Below are positions 12,732 through 26,384 of a stretch of DNA of 62,401 nucleotides, piece by piece. The position numbers and the translations under genes were made by a program. Position 1 is the first letter of the stretch. Each line of letters starts with the position of its first letter. Origin of the DNA: Dimorphilus gyrociliatus (Eukaryota; Animalia; Annelida); NCBI GenBank assembly GCA_904063045.1, contig CAJFCJ010000014.1, forward strand, positions 1,048,217-1,110,617, written 5' to 3'. The notes beneath the pieces were generated by a model, which searched no databases, was not told the DNA's origin, and saw only the letters and a program-made list of their open reading frames with translations.

Positions 12732-15700
12732 TCAAGAATCCAGTTGTGTCAAGCCAGATGGTTGAGGCGAACTAGACATGGAATGGTAGCCCAAAGAGAA
12801 TGTATCATCTAGTGTTACGTCTCTTGCAGAGGCTCTAGAAGTCCTTGGAGTAGGTACAGGTGTTCCTGGTAATAGAGCTGGATCATCCATGGAGTGTTTA
12901 GCTTTCTTCAGTTTCTTAGATTTTTGCTTATTGTATCTAAAATCGTATAAGAACAAATTCTCTGCTCGCGGAGCAACTCCATTCTTTCTTGATTTAGGCT
13001 CATTCGACGAATCTGATGCCACTTTTAATCTGAAAATCAAGTAGGAAACAATGAAGGAAATCTTTTAATCGATTTCTTTTTCGGAATATGCAAATCGATT
13101 TTCTTACGTTTTCTTCTTTTTGCAAGCAAAGTAGTAAATAGTAAGACAAATGATGATTACGAAGAGCACGAAAACAAAGCAAAGCACTGATAGAGTGATT
13201 CTTCCTAAAGTCGTTTCGATCCACCAATTTTCGACTATGTCTGGTTCGTTTTCATAATTCGAAACTGTATCGAACGGAATTGACGACAAAACGCCAGTCG
13301 TTAAATTAGTGGATGGTTGTCCACCTTTTTTTGACGTGAAGGCTTGTACTTGGTTAGTTGTATAGAAATTTTTATCTTCTTCAATATTTGTTTCTTGTTC
13401 AGTTGTTGTTCCCTTAACAACGAGGGTACTCACGACGGTTTGTTGTCTGTAGAGGAACAGAATGAGGCTAAAAATTAGGTAGGGAATATCGCCTTATTCT
13501 TACGTAATTGATTTCCGTCTCCGCGAGGCGTTCCCCGTTGCTTTCGTCTTATTCCCAAAATAGATAGCTCTAGCAATAGAATCTGGGAAAATTTTTTGTA
13601 AACCTCTTAAGAAATTGTCTAAGTAATTCTTTTTAAAGTCATCAATGTCCAAATTGATAGTAAAATTTGTCAAATGACGCCTTGCATCGTAGGAATCGAT
13701 TCTTACTTTGGAAGATCTGTAATAAAAGTATTAATTAATATCTATGACTATAATAAGCATATAATTATCATACATTGAAACATCGGGTGGAACGCCGTTG
13801 TCAATAGCAATAACGTCGAATGTAAATTTTTCGTGCTTATAGGCTAACTTACGAACTTCTAGTGTGCCATCCATTCTTAATACAAAGTTTTCGTTGTCGT
13901 TTAATAATTTAAACGTGAGGTTTTTACCCTTTTCATCTATAAATAACACATTTTCATTGCTAATTATTATTAATAATGGCTTATCCTTTTAAAAAAATCT
14001 TGAAAGCTTTGATTTTATTACCTCTATCGCCGTCCGAACCTTTGAAGATTATTATGATATCTTTGTAATTAGCCCTAAAGTTTACTTCCAAGTTATAGAA
14101 ATTAGAAGATAAACGAGGTCTGTGGTCGTTGTCATCCAAAATTTGAATAGAGACGTCTGTAGTATCAGTCAATCCGCCTCCGTCAACAACTTCAATAAGG
14201 AAATCGATAGAATCAATTGACTCGGCGTCAATCGGATGTTTGGTTATCAAGAAACCTTCAGAGTCTACTTCAAAATACTTGGAAGCGGTTTCATTCAGTA
14301 TTTTGTAAGATTGAACATTGTACTTGACAGAATCCGGATCGTAAACATTAAAATTCAATACCTTATAGCCATCAACAGTATTCTCTTTTAGGTTTGTTTT
14401 GTAAAGCTTCTTTGGAAATTTAGGTGCATGATCATTATGGTCAATAATCGATATGTCTATAACGATTTTCGATTGAAGCCCTCCATTATCTGAGCATGTA
14501 ATCTCTAATTTGTAATAATTCGGTGTCGTATGGTCATCATAATCGATAGCCTTTATGAAACTTAATACTCCTGTCTTTGAATCTATGTTAAAGTAACCTT
14601 GACTTCCATTAAAAACGGCAGATATCCATATAGTTAATATATCTGCTGCATTAACATCAGTACACGTAATTGAAATGTCTACTTTAGCATTTTCATTGGC
14701 CTATTTATGTCAAAAATAAAAAGTAGGTAAATGAAGTATCAGACACAACTGACGACCCTTTTGGGGACGTCAATTGATTTGATGACTATATGTGTTCTAC
14801 GTTAAAAGTCATATAGTTTTCGTATTATTGTTATATATTGTATAAAATATACGTTACATTTATTTCATCGACTGCCACTTCTTTCTTATCGGAGGTCAGG
14901 GTCGGTGGTTGAATAGTCTCCACTATGTTTATAGTTAAAGTTTTCGTATCGTTTAAGCCAGATGCATCTTGTACAATAACTTTTATGCTTATAGTCTTTA
15001 ATGTTGTTGACTTAAAGTCATTAATAGCCTCGGAATAAATTCCACCGCCTTAGGGTGAAAAAATAAACAACATATATAAATAAGGTCATTTTAGAAAGGA
15101 ATGTTTAATAGTTTCTTCTTTGAGCTTACAAATATTCCAATCTTTAAGTATACTTACTCGAATCAACAGTAAAGTTACTTAATTGATTCGTCGGTGTTGT
15201 CGATACAATCGCGAATGTATGACTATCCCCAATATCTTCATCCTGAACGGAAATTGTTAATAATAACTTCCGACCACTCACATCCTTGCTTAGATTAATT
15301 GTTGTTGGTAAATTCACTATCGAGGGGGACTCATTAACGTTACAAATTGCAACTGTCAAGGTTGACGTAGCAGTCAAAGTTCCATCGTTTGCAACAATTG
15401 GTAAAAGGTATTGATTTGTCAATTCGTAGTTGAGCGATGCTCCGCTTTTCAAGCTAACCTCTCCGGCTATAAAAGAGAGAAAGGAGGAGGGGAAAAAAAT
15501 GAAATACTTGTTTAAATAACGTCATTTATACAACAATGAGAAAAATCAATTAAATAAATCGAAGGACACTCACAAGTGCCGTTGACGAGAAAATTATCGT
15601 TGAAAGATGTTAAAGTATAGGCGATTGCGTCGTTTTCTGGATCAAATACGTTAATAGTGAATAGCATTGTCTCTATGGCTAAATCCTCCGCAATGCATGA

Positions 15701-18700
15701 CGTTGAGTTTGGAAGATTAATAAACGACGGTGGTTCTTGAATGTCTGTCACGTTTACGGTTATATTCCAATCGACGCTTAATCCAGCCTTATCCGAAACG
15801 ACAACTTGTAGCTTGTGAGACGAAATTGCTTCGTAATTTAGGCCTGACGTTGTTATCTTTCCGTCAGCGTCTATAGAGAAGAAACCTCCACTAGGAATGG
15901 TTGTCAAATTGAAATATAAGATATCCCCAAAGTCTGAATCATTAGCCGTTACAGATATAATTTGGCCAATAAAATTTTCGTTAACAGCAATACTGAGTGG
16001 GAGGGACGTCACGAGAACAGGTGCTTCATTAATATCAATAACATTTATTGTTACAGTTGAGGTGTAATTAAGAGTACCGTCGCTAACATATACCTCCAGA
16101 ACGTATTGAACTCTTTCCTCGTAATTAGGGCTTTTAATAGTAACTAATTTACCATCCGCACTCACATTGAATGAATGAAAATTGTCTATTAACCCATACG
16201 TGACAGCATCTCCATCGTCGTCTGTCGACATCAAAGTATATAAGACGATTCCATTAGGCGTGTTTTCCGAAACGTTTAAAATTGTTGGCGCATTAGTTAG
16301 TACAGGGCGCTCATTAGTGTCTTCTATATTCACTGTCACATTCAGTGTCACGTAATTGTCTTCAGAGTCTTTTATGTTAATTTCAACTATGTATAAAGCT
16401 TGTTGCTCAAAATCAAACGCTGCAGTGGTCTTTAGTGTTCCTGTAAGAAAAAAGAAGAAAGGAGTAGAGAACAAGTGAATTTGATTGTCGAATAGGAAGT
16501 AATCCAAAGAGGGGAAGAGGCTATGAGGAATATATTTGAAGAAAAAGATAGAAAGATAGCCTAAAGTGTTTTAAATACCTGAAGAGTCCACGGTAAATGA
16601 ACTTGTGTTTGGAAAAACGCTGATAATTGTGTATGACAAGGGATCACTTTCTGGATCGGATGCGTTCAGTTGAAGTAGGAAACCCAAAGTATTTTCCTTA
16701 ATTGAGCATTGTTGAGTGGTTCCAGTGTAAACTGGCTTTTCATTAACGTTCAGAATTTGAATAGTTAAATTAGCGGATGCTTGGAGAACGGTGTCGTTGA
16801 CAGAGATTGTTAGCCAATATTCCGTCGTTGTTTCGTAATCGAGGGTGGAACCAGGAGCAAGCTTTATCGAACCCGTATTCGAATCGATAAGGAAAAATCC
16901 CATGACGGATTGTTTCTCTAAAGTGAAGTATAGTGCATCTCCTTCTTCATCTGAAGCTGAGACGCTGTAGATGGTATTAGAAGTATAATTCTCATAGATT
17001 ATAAGCGTCTTAGGTAGATTTAACAATAGAGGAGATTCGTTAACGTCGCTTATATTGACGTATAGAATTTTACTCTGTCTAAGGGATGTTGTATCCGTAG
17101 CAACAATTTCCAATGCATAGCGTTTAACAGTTTCGTAGTCTAAATTTGGATTAGAATTGAGCTTTACAATTCCACTACCAGTTATTGTAAAAGGCCCAGC
17201 AGACGGTTGAGTCCAATTTAGGCTGAAAGTAATAGAATCCCCAGTGTCCTCGTCTGAAGCTAAGACCGTGAGTAAATCGGCGGGCCCTGTATGATTCTCA
17301 TAAACAACGACCGTTGACGGTAAATTGTTTATGTTAGGCGTCTCTTGCTCATCTGTCACGTTTATCGTTAGCTGTTTTGAGTCTGTTAAGGTTCCGTCGC
17401 TAGCTTCAATAGTAATTATGTACTGCTTCACGCTTTCATAGTTTAAATTAGTGGGTGTTGAAAGTAAAATATACCCGGAGGCATTTACTGAAAATGCTCC
17501 ATTAGCAGGAACAATCGAGCTTAACGTAAATGTTATAGCGTCGTTATCCGGTTCTTGCACATCAACTTGAATTAGAGCAGTTGCCTGAGAGAACTCGCTT
17601 ATTGTCAAACTTGTCGGCAAGTTATTAATTGATGGAGTTTCGTTGACATCCGTTACATTAACTTGTAGTAGAGCGTAGCTTATTAACGAACCATCACTTG
17701 CTGAGACGTTCAGGTAATATTCGCTGACAGTCTCGTAATCTAGATTAGGATTTGATGCCAAAATGATTACACCGGAAGTTGGATTAATAGAAAATGCCAC
17801 GGATGTAGGCTGGACCGATGCTAATCCATATGTAATCACGTCTCCTTCCGGATCAGTGCAAGCAACAGTATGCAAATTAAGGGATGCTGTCCTACTTTCA
17901 TCTACAGAAACAACTGTAGGCAAATTTGTGAACAACGGAGCGTCGTTAATTATCTGAAATTGACAAATTAAGGATATTATAATTATATTTTATAGTTAAA
18001 CAGCTGTAAATAAACGCTTACATTTACGTAAATGGTAAATGTTTGGACGTCTGCCAAAACTCCATCAGAAGCCGTCACATTTAACTGATATACGGGGGTA
18101 GTAACGCCGTCCAAACTCGGATTTGCATTCAGGCTAACTTGTCCTATATATATTTGAAAGTTCATGATTGATTATGATTCAATTTAATATTATACAATAA
18201 TAAATCATGTGAATCATACAAACCGCTAGGATTTATTTGAAATGGAGCTGAAGGTGGATTTGACACAATACTATAAGTTAATGAATTTCCCTCCGGTTCG
18301 GTGACCGTTACAGTGAGTAAAATCCTCGTTAGCGTTTCATCATCCTTTATTAAAGTTAATATACTTGAACCGCTACTCTTAAAAAGCGACGAGAAAAAAA
18401 GATATAAAACTTACGTTGACCGTTGCATTTGCTGGTAAATTTGTAATTATTGGCTTTTCGTTAACATTCGTCACAGTAATACCAATGATAGAGGGTCCAA
18501 CACTAACCGAACCGTCGCTAATTGATACTTGAATGTTATAATTTATTTGAGTCTCAAAATCCAAAGGCGCGTTGACTTTTATTTGACCAGACGACGGATC
18601 AATAGTAAATGGTGTCCCGCCAACAATTGAAAAAGTCAACGTATCGCCAAGATTACCATCCGACGCAGTAAGCGTATATAGTACTGTATTAGTCGCTGCG

Positions 18701-20025
18701 TCCTCGGGTACACTTAGAGACGATCCGGGTAGATTATCAATAGTTGGCGGTACTTGAACTTCAGTTATATAAACCGAATATATTCCTTTAGTAGTATTGG
18801 TTCCATCGGATACGTCAATGGTTAAATTGTACAACTTGGTAACATCGTAATCGAATCCTGGACTCGAAGATACGGATATAACGCCGGCTGAAAGACAATA
18901 TAATTCAAATATAATAGTTCGTTAGGGAAATGGAAAGATTGGACGAATAGTAATAAATAAATGATAAAAATTTTCTGACTTGTTGGATGTATTGAAAGAG
19001 CTGCATTTGTCGGTGAGGACGTCATTGAGAATATGACAGCATCACCGTCTTCATCGGAAGCCATAACTGTAAATAGGTTTTGAGCTGTCGCGTGATTTTC
19101 AGCCAAAAAAATACTATCCGGTAAATTCGTAAAAACAGGAGGATCGTTGTCGTCTACAATTGTTACAGTAAAGGAGAAAACAAACATATGCCCTCCTGGG
19201 TCCTGTGCCAACAATGTAGCCGAAAAAGGACCTTTGTTTGCCGTTGCTTCAAAATTAATGGTTGGTCCAATAAATCTCATTTCTTGAGCTAGAAAATACA
19301 TTTTCTTTAGATTGAAAGTTAATAAGAAAAGTAAAACTCCAAATTTACTTACAAGCCGTATCAAAAGAAATCCAAGTTGGTTGCGAAGGAACCCAGAATT
19401 CAGAGAAAATCATAGTTAAACCTTCTGGATCTTCAATATCAAATTTCTTTATGACGTAAATAGGATCTGTATTTTCTTTCACATTAGCAATGTAAGTCCT
19501 AATGGGATTTTCAAACGAAATCTTTCATTCTAGCTGATTCTATGGAAAATTTTAAAAGAAAACTTACGGATAAGCATTTGTCGGATCGGATTGGGATCGT
19601 GGAGATTCATCAATATCAACTTCTAGGGAAACAGGGCCGGCCGTTCCACCACCAGAGTCAAAAAGTAAAATGTTCAAAGTTACGGTTGCAGTTGCCGCAG
19701 CACTTATTCCCGCACCAGTATAGGTTACAACTCCGGTTGAGATGTCTACATTGAAATTTGGCACAAGCGGAGTATCGAATGCGAAGAAGAGTGTATCGCC
19801 ATCAACGTCATTAGCAGTTATTGTAAAGATTGTAATTGGTGTAGGAGTTCCTTTAGCGTTTTCAGCCAGATATCCAGTTGCAGGTATGTTAGTAAATGTC
19901 GGATCTTTAATAAAAGATGTGAAGGTAAACTGTAATATTTCTAGTTAATCTAAACGTTCCTTACCTGCTCCAAAAGTTGTCGAGAAGAAGAATAATTGAA
20001 TGATTAGTAATCTAATCATTTCCAT
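12732..20025 (-). CDS. Large non-classical cadherin-related protein (signal peptide, roughly 15 EC repeats, membrane-adjacent domain, S/T stalk, TM, short cytoplasmic tail)
   Basis: Signal peptide MEMIRLLIIQLFFFSTTFGA from 20025. Many LDYE, DxD and (D/N)VNE.P/DDNDHRP cadherin motifs across the ORFs at 13731-19764. TM ITLSVLCFVFVLFVIIICLTIYYFAC; tail ends ...GLTQLDS*. No classical catenin-binding motif seen. The repeat count is an estimate. Confidence 0.88.
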
Positions 20026-21003
20026 TTTGTCTGCTCTGTTAAATATGGTAGATATCACCTTAATAATCAAGTATTCTATCTTTATTCCACTCCTTAATGA
20101 AAAATTTGGAAAAAAGAAAGAAAACTTTCAATAAAAACCAAAATAAGAAAAGTAAAATGAAACAAAAACAAAACCAAATAATAAAAAAACTTCTTCTCAC
20201 TTTTAAAGTATCCAAATCAGCTTCAAAATAAAGGAAAAATAGCGTAATTTAACTGAGTAACAATAAAAAGGAAAAGGAAGGAAGATAGAGAGAAAGATAA
20301 AATTGGAAAAAGTTTCTATTAGAATCTCTTCTTCCTTTTTTTTTAAAAAAAAAAAAATAACACTCTTTTCGGTAAGAGAGTACAAACTAATAAGAAGTCA
20401 AAGTGGGCAAGATTTTCCCACGAACTTTTGCGATTAAGCGAGAAAAAAAAATGAATACAGTAGTCTTACAATTGCAAGTTTTGTTTGATTATGGTATTAT
20501 TTAAATTACTATGGTCGTAATTTATGATTGATATTTAGCCCGAATAATATTACGTTTTCGAGCACTTCTTTTCAAGTTCGACCACTTGGTGATTTCTTAC
20601 TCGAAATTACCTTTTTATTAAATAAGAATAAACTTTGAGGAGATAGACAAAGATCCCTGACAACTTTGGATTATTAGAAGTAAATTGTTATCAAAACAGT
20701 GTTTGGTAGTTAATGACAAAGAAGAAAGTTGGTTATTAGTTATGAAATGTGATTAGTGTTTTAATAAAAATAAATAATTACATAAACACCTTCTTTTAGC
20801 CTAGTTATCAGCAAGGAAATGAATGAATGATCGCTTCTATCTTATATATAAACCATTTTTTGTATTAATCAACAAAATGGAATAAAAAGTAATAAAATCC
20901 AATTAATCTTTATTTATTTTTCCAATAAGAAGAACCTAATTAACATATACAAAAATAAAGAGAGAGAGAGAGGAGAAACAATAATAAACAAAATGGTAGA
21001 TTA

Positions 21004-22008
21004 TTAGAAAATTCCTAACATTTTATTAGTTTTTCCATAAATGAATATTAGCTGATTTCCGTCATTATTAAAAGCAATTCTATGGGGTGCGTATGGTAGA
21101 GGGATTAGTAAATTTTTCATGTAATTTCCATTCTTATCGTACATATCTAGTCTATAACTTTCGTTACAGACGATGAATGTTTCGTCATCTGGAAAGCTGA
21201 TTATTTCAATCGGGTCTATTAATTGATTAATCCTTCTTAAGATACAATCATCTCTCCAGTTAATCATAAATACTGATTGTTTATTTTCATCACATAGTAA
21301 TATGACTTCTTCATTTAGGAGATCGGCCGAAATAATCTTTGAACCTTCGGTTTTACTATTCCATTCTATTTTCCAATCTGGTCTCGCATTTTCGTTACTG
21401 TCTTGTTTACTTAAAATAAGAGCGCCGTCCGTTTCAAGGCATAAGAGTAGTCTGTTATTTATTAATTTTAGCTGAGAGACGAATCTGCCCAATTGGTTCA
21501 ATCTGATTTCCAGATTAGGCATATGATGTCTTTTCTTCATTGTCCATATTTGCACGGCTCCCTCGTACCGATTCGATAAATAAATATATTGTTGTTGGTG
21601 ATCGATGGCAAAACCAAAAATTAATCTTGGTTCCCTATAAACTGGTATAGATTTCGATAAGTTTCTTGAGTTATATTTGACTATTTCGGATTGGTCTCTT
21701 CCCTGAAAGAGAATGTAGAAGATATCATCTCCAACGTACGACAACTGAATAATCGTAGCATTTCTCTTATTCGACGGCTGTAGCTGGTAAACACGCTTAA
21801 CAGTTCTGGTTTCCTTTACGATCTCTTCATTTCTTACTCGATAGCTTCCAGTTTGACCTGATAGTATATATATATATATATATGCATGTTTTATTCAAGA
21901 TATCTTTGCCACCACATTTAATACTATTCAATTATTATATTGAAATCAGTTTTACTTACGAGGTTTGTCGGATGAATGTTCTATTGTCCATCTGGCATTA
22001 CGATCCAT
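21004..22008 (-). CDS. Two-exon orphan, probable NHL/6-bladed beta-propeller protein
   Basis: Exon 1 MDRNARWTIEHSSDKP (ATG 22008, GTAAGT donor) splices in frame via tatcag to the long exon containing ORF 21004-21744. Blade-like motifs: IFGFAIDHQQQYIYLSN, DPIEIISFPDDETFIVCN, RLDMYDKNGNYMKNL, APHRIAFNNDGNQLI. Confidence 0.65.
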
Positions 22009-22098
22009 AAATCAGCTATATAAGTAATGTATTTCTTTTACTAATAAGTTTTTAGATGTATGAGGATATAACTATCTATACAATGCGTTAGATATGCC

Positions 22099-22133
22099 AT
22101 ACAATACAATACAATACAATACAATACAATACA
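22099..22133. repeat. (ATACA)n pentanucleotide microsatellite, about 7 units
   Basis: atacaatacaatacaatacaatacaatacaataca read directly. Confidence 0.9.
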
Positions 22134-22393
22134 GAAGTCTCAATATGGCCTAAACATTTTAAGCCTAGTTCTGTTAGTAATTTCCAACCAGAACACTTTT
22201 TTTCTTTACTATTATCTATCTATCTATCTAGATTTATCTCACTTTCCCTGACGTACAAACACGCTGTGTTTAATATTGTATTGACAGACTTTGCCTGGAT
22301 TCGTAATCTGGTTGAAATGAAGCTAAAGTTTATAAAGATAGAATATAAAAATAGGGAAAAAAAACCATATCATGAACTATTTAAATATTTAAA

Positions 22394-23632
22394 ATGAATA
22401 TTCAAATAACACTGCAGTGTTCACTGATTTATTTAGTATTAATTAACTTTGTAAACTGCATATATAAAGAAATTATTGACGTAATGCATCTTAAGGATAA
22501 CTCTTATTTTCATTTTCATTTTCGAAAAGAAAATAAGACTGCCAACATTTTTATAAGAGATGATATAAAGATTACTAAAAAAGGATCGCTTGAAACGCTG
22601 AGATCTTATGATAATCTTATCCTTAGGCGAGAAGGATTAGGAAGAAAGCCTATATTTGTTTTGCCAAAATTCGAATTTTATAACTTAAAGCGTTTAACAA
22701 CTCTTGAAGGATCAAATAAATTCGCTAGTACATTATTCAGCCTATCTGCATCGTTAACCACATTTACAAAAATAAGGGTATTGGATGAATTAAATTTAAT
22801 TAGCGATAATTTAGTATGTAATGGTGAGATTGATTACGTGAAACAAATAATATTTAAATTAGTTAAATACAACGTATCGTTCTATAGAGGATTTTATTAC
22901 TTTGACAATAGAATATGCAAATTAATTGTAAAAAAAGTATCCAATTTTCAATTATACCTGATACCAATTCATAGGAGGGTACTAGTGTTTAAAATGATTA
23001 TTATCAATATTAATATAAAAGATAACCTAACAATCTATACGGAAAGTAAAGAAAGAGATTATGTATTTTTGCATCTGACTGGTACTTTAAAAGAGTCTCT
23101 TTTGTTTGCTAGAGTTCAATTCTTGGAATTGTTAATCAATTTCTTGGAAAAGCCAACAGAACATACTGAATTCGTCAAAGCAATGATCTACAGAGTATGT
23201 ATGGGAAAAATGACTACTTTTATTGATTCTAATTATTCAAATTGGTATAAGAAACTCCAATTGAACTATAATAATAATAAGAAATGTCAACAGCATAATT
23301 TTAGTTTGTTCAAGTCGAATAATTTCGATCAGGAGATTTTTAGAGAACGGAATTATTATATAATCATTTTCCTCTTAATCATCGTTACTATATCTTGCTT
23401 TATGGTTATTCTTTGGGTTGATTTATTCTATATAAAAATCAGACAATTTGCTATTCTAAAGAAGCGTATTCTAGCTAAAAAAATACCGATAAAATGTAAC
23501 ATTAATTTAACGGTTTTATCGTTAATGCTGGAATTTGAATTGATGAATGAAAGACTCGAAAGAGCTAAACTACTCAACTCAAGTTATAAAGATGAATACT
23601 ATCCTAAGAGAGCAGCTTCAATTCATTATTAA
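22394..23632 (+). CDS. Single-exon orphan type I membrane protein with LRR/LRRCT-like remnants
   Basis: 412-codon ORF in very AT-rich DNA. N-terminal hydrophobic signal (CSLIYLVLINFVNC) and TM YYIIIFLLIIVTISCFMVILWVDLFYI. FYNLKRLTTL and LNLISDNLVCNGEIDYVKQ weakly resemble an LRR and an LRRCT cap. Confidence 0.65.
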   Translation: MNIQITLQCSLIYLVLINFVNCIYKEIIDVMHLKDNSYFHFHFRKENKTANIFIRDDIKITKKGSLETLRSYDNLILRREGLGRKPIFVLPKFEFYNLKRLTTLEGSNKFASTLFSLSASLTTFTKIRVLDELNLISDNLVCNGEIDYVKQIIFKLVKYNVSFYRGFYYFDNRICKLIVKKVSNFQLYLIPIHRRVLVFKMIIININIKDNLTIYTESKERDYVFLHLTGTLKESLLFARVQFLELLINFLEKPTEHTEFVKAMIYRVCMGKMTTFIDSNYSNWYKKLQLNYNNNKKCQQHNFSLFKSNNFDQEIFRERNYYIIIFLLIIVTISCFMVILWVDLFYIKIRQFAILKKRILAKKIPIKCNINLTVLSLMLEFELMNERLERAKLLNSSYKDEYYPKRAASIHY

Positions 23633-24244
23633 CTACCCTTTTTAAGAGCCATATTTCGTTAAAAAAAACACAACATAAATAGAATGGAAAGACGAGTTGG
23701 GAGGAGGGAAGTAGAGACTCATAAATTCCCATATTGATTTACTCTATAAAGAAATAAAACGATAAAGGGTCTAACAAAATATAATATAATACAGTAAATC
23801 TAAAATCTGGGTTATACATTTCTATTTTGTTGTTGTCAATAAGCCATCTTATATATGTTTATTATACTTTAAGATGACTATAATTTTTCTATTTACGTTA
23901 GAAAAGAGAGAGAGAGAGAGAGAGAAAAGAAGAGGAAGAAGGAATAGATAGATAGGTACAGATAGTCTTGTCAGAGAGAGAGAGAGAGAGAAAGAAGAAA
24001 ATAAATAATTTCATCAATTCTATACATGCACAACATAATTACTATTTACATAGATTTATAAAAGTTTGTTATTATTAAAATAATCTATTTCAGTTTTTTG
24101 TTAAGTTTACTTTAGATATAAAAGAAATCAGGTTTTGCCAGAGGGCTCTTTACATTGCCAACATGACCTTTACCATTTCTTTAGAAATACATTTATTATC
24201 ATTATTTAAATTAGATAAATAGATTATCAAAAGCATTAAAAGAA

Positions 24245-24245
<1 letters not shown>

Positions 24246-24277
<32 letters not shown>
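24246..24277. repeat. (TA)n microsatellite, representative of many in the window (also about 26337-26380, 36120-36158, 52915-53080, 58327-58355, 60225-60300)
   Basis: Direct tandem TA runs. Confidence 0.9.
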
Positions 24278-24278
<1 letters not shown>

Positions 24279-25325
24279 TTTATATATATATACAGTCTAT
24301 ATACTATTTACAATATGCGTTGTTAATTTTGTAGTAATTACCTTTATCCAAATGTAATTATTTCAAATTTTCCTCTTTTTTCTCTTTTTACGTATATATT
24401 ATTAATACAATGATCTATTATGTGACAAATTAGTAAAATTACAATTGAAATGGACCATTTCCTGCCTCGTATTGATACAATGCCATCCTCTTCTATTTTT
24501 TCTATAATACTTTACACGTTGTATTATAAATATAGATAGTTGCCTACAATAACAAAAGCTATACTACTATAAGCTTCATCTCGAACTGGAAGGATTTAAA
24601 CGAATATTGGACCATTACATCTTAAAAATCGATAAGAGTTTATTTAAATAAATCATTTGTTATATTTCATATAAACATTATTTTACGCAACGTATTTACT
24701 TGATTTTAATAATGAATTAACTGAATCTTACACTATAAAAATCGAAAAAGAATATTTCTATAATATCTAAAAAAGAAGTTTTAAGCCTATAATAAGTTCT
24801 GTTATTAATAGCTAATAGATTGCGTCTGCAAAATGTATAAATATTGTGAGTAGTATCATGATAATTACAAATATGATATGGTAAAATATATCATATTAGC
24901 TTATTTTATATATAAATCGCAATAAATAAAACAAATTTCCTTTGCTTATAATTCTATTTTAACTGTATATTAATGTTTATATATACAGTATATTTTATTA
25001 TAACATTTGAATAAATTAATTATTTAAAACATTAGTTAAAGTTAATTAATAAAACGAAAGGTTTTACAGTAATACAAAACATGTCGTAAGATTATTAACG
25101 TTTTTTACTATTTTATCCAAAAAGGAATAGAATAAAATATAGTAAAAATAATAACATTACAACTGCAGATGTCGCTTCTGTATTACTTTACGTTTTTTTC
25201 TTCTCTTTTTTTTTATTATAAAGAAACATAGAAGTAGGAAAAGTTCTATAACAAAAATTTGAAAAAAAAACTGATCCACTTGAACACGAGTTTTTTTTTG
25301 TGATAAGATTTTTTTCTAAATATGT

Positions 25326-26330
25326 CTATTGCATTATAGTCGTCGGCGTCGGCGTCGTTGTCGGCGTCGTCATCTTTGTCGTCGTCGTCGTCGTTATTTT
25401 GGGGGAATCGACTATTCGAATTGGACTAAGTGTCCGTTGAGTAGAGTCAATAGGTTTAAATAATAAAGGTGGTGTTGGTCCACCAGATCTATTTTCTATT
25501 GGCATAGATGGAATGGTTGCTGAAAATGGATTAGGAATCCTTCGAGGTTTCGATAATTCTTCTGAAGCCATTTGTTCGGCAGGTAATTTCATTGGAGGAC
25601 CTAATGGGGTTGATTCTCTCTGTTTTTCAAATATAAATGATATTAATTGTGTTTCCTTCTCTAACACACTGGTTTATCTGTTTCATACCTCGAGAAAATT
25701 AACAAATAATTGAGAAAGAGATTGATCAAGAGGTGGCGCTGAAGCTGCCCTTAGGGGAGTTGAAGGAGGTGTTGGAGCACCTTGAGATGAGGGCTTAGGC
25801 TTATTTCCAAACCATCCTTTTAGCCATCCCGAATGCTGTTGATTCGCTCTTAGCTGTTGATGCAAGAAAATTAAACAAAGCCTCGGACCTACACGATTTA
25901 TTATTGTACCTGTTCCAGTTCGGCTTGCGTAAAGCCCAAGATTTTACCAATTAATAATAAAACTTCGGGTTGCTTCGAGGCAGGAGTATGCAAGTAGCCT
26001 AATATCAAATTCTTTACAACAGTTCTAAAAAAGCAAAGTATTTTGTTGTAAATAGAACAATTTCTCGATCTAAGAGTATTAGATTATATATATATAGATC
26101 TATATATAAGCTTACTTACTTATCAACCCTTGCATCCGAAGAAATTTGTAGTCTTGCTATTTCCTCTTCCGCATGTTGTAACATCCTCTCTCGATTTTGC
26201 ACTAGATAATTTGTTGGAGGAGAAAAAAAGAGAAAACTATGATTAAATTATGTTTTCGTATCATTTAAACTTAAAAAGAAAAGAAATAACTTGGTACGGT
26301 TTATCAACGTATACAAATAAATTCATTTTA

Positions 26331-26384
<54 letters not shown>

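Noticed and set aside
12475-12735. 86-aa ORF overlapping the cadherin stop
   Set aside because: Non-ATG start, lies in the presumed 3' UTR, no features.
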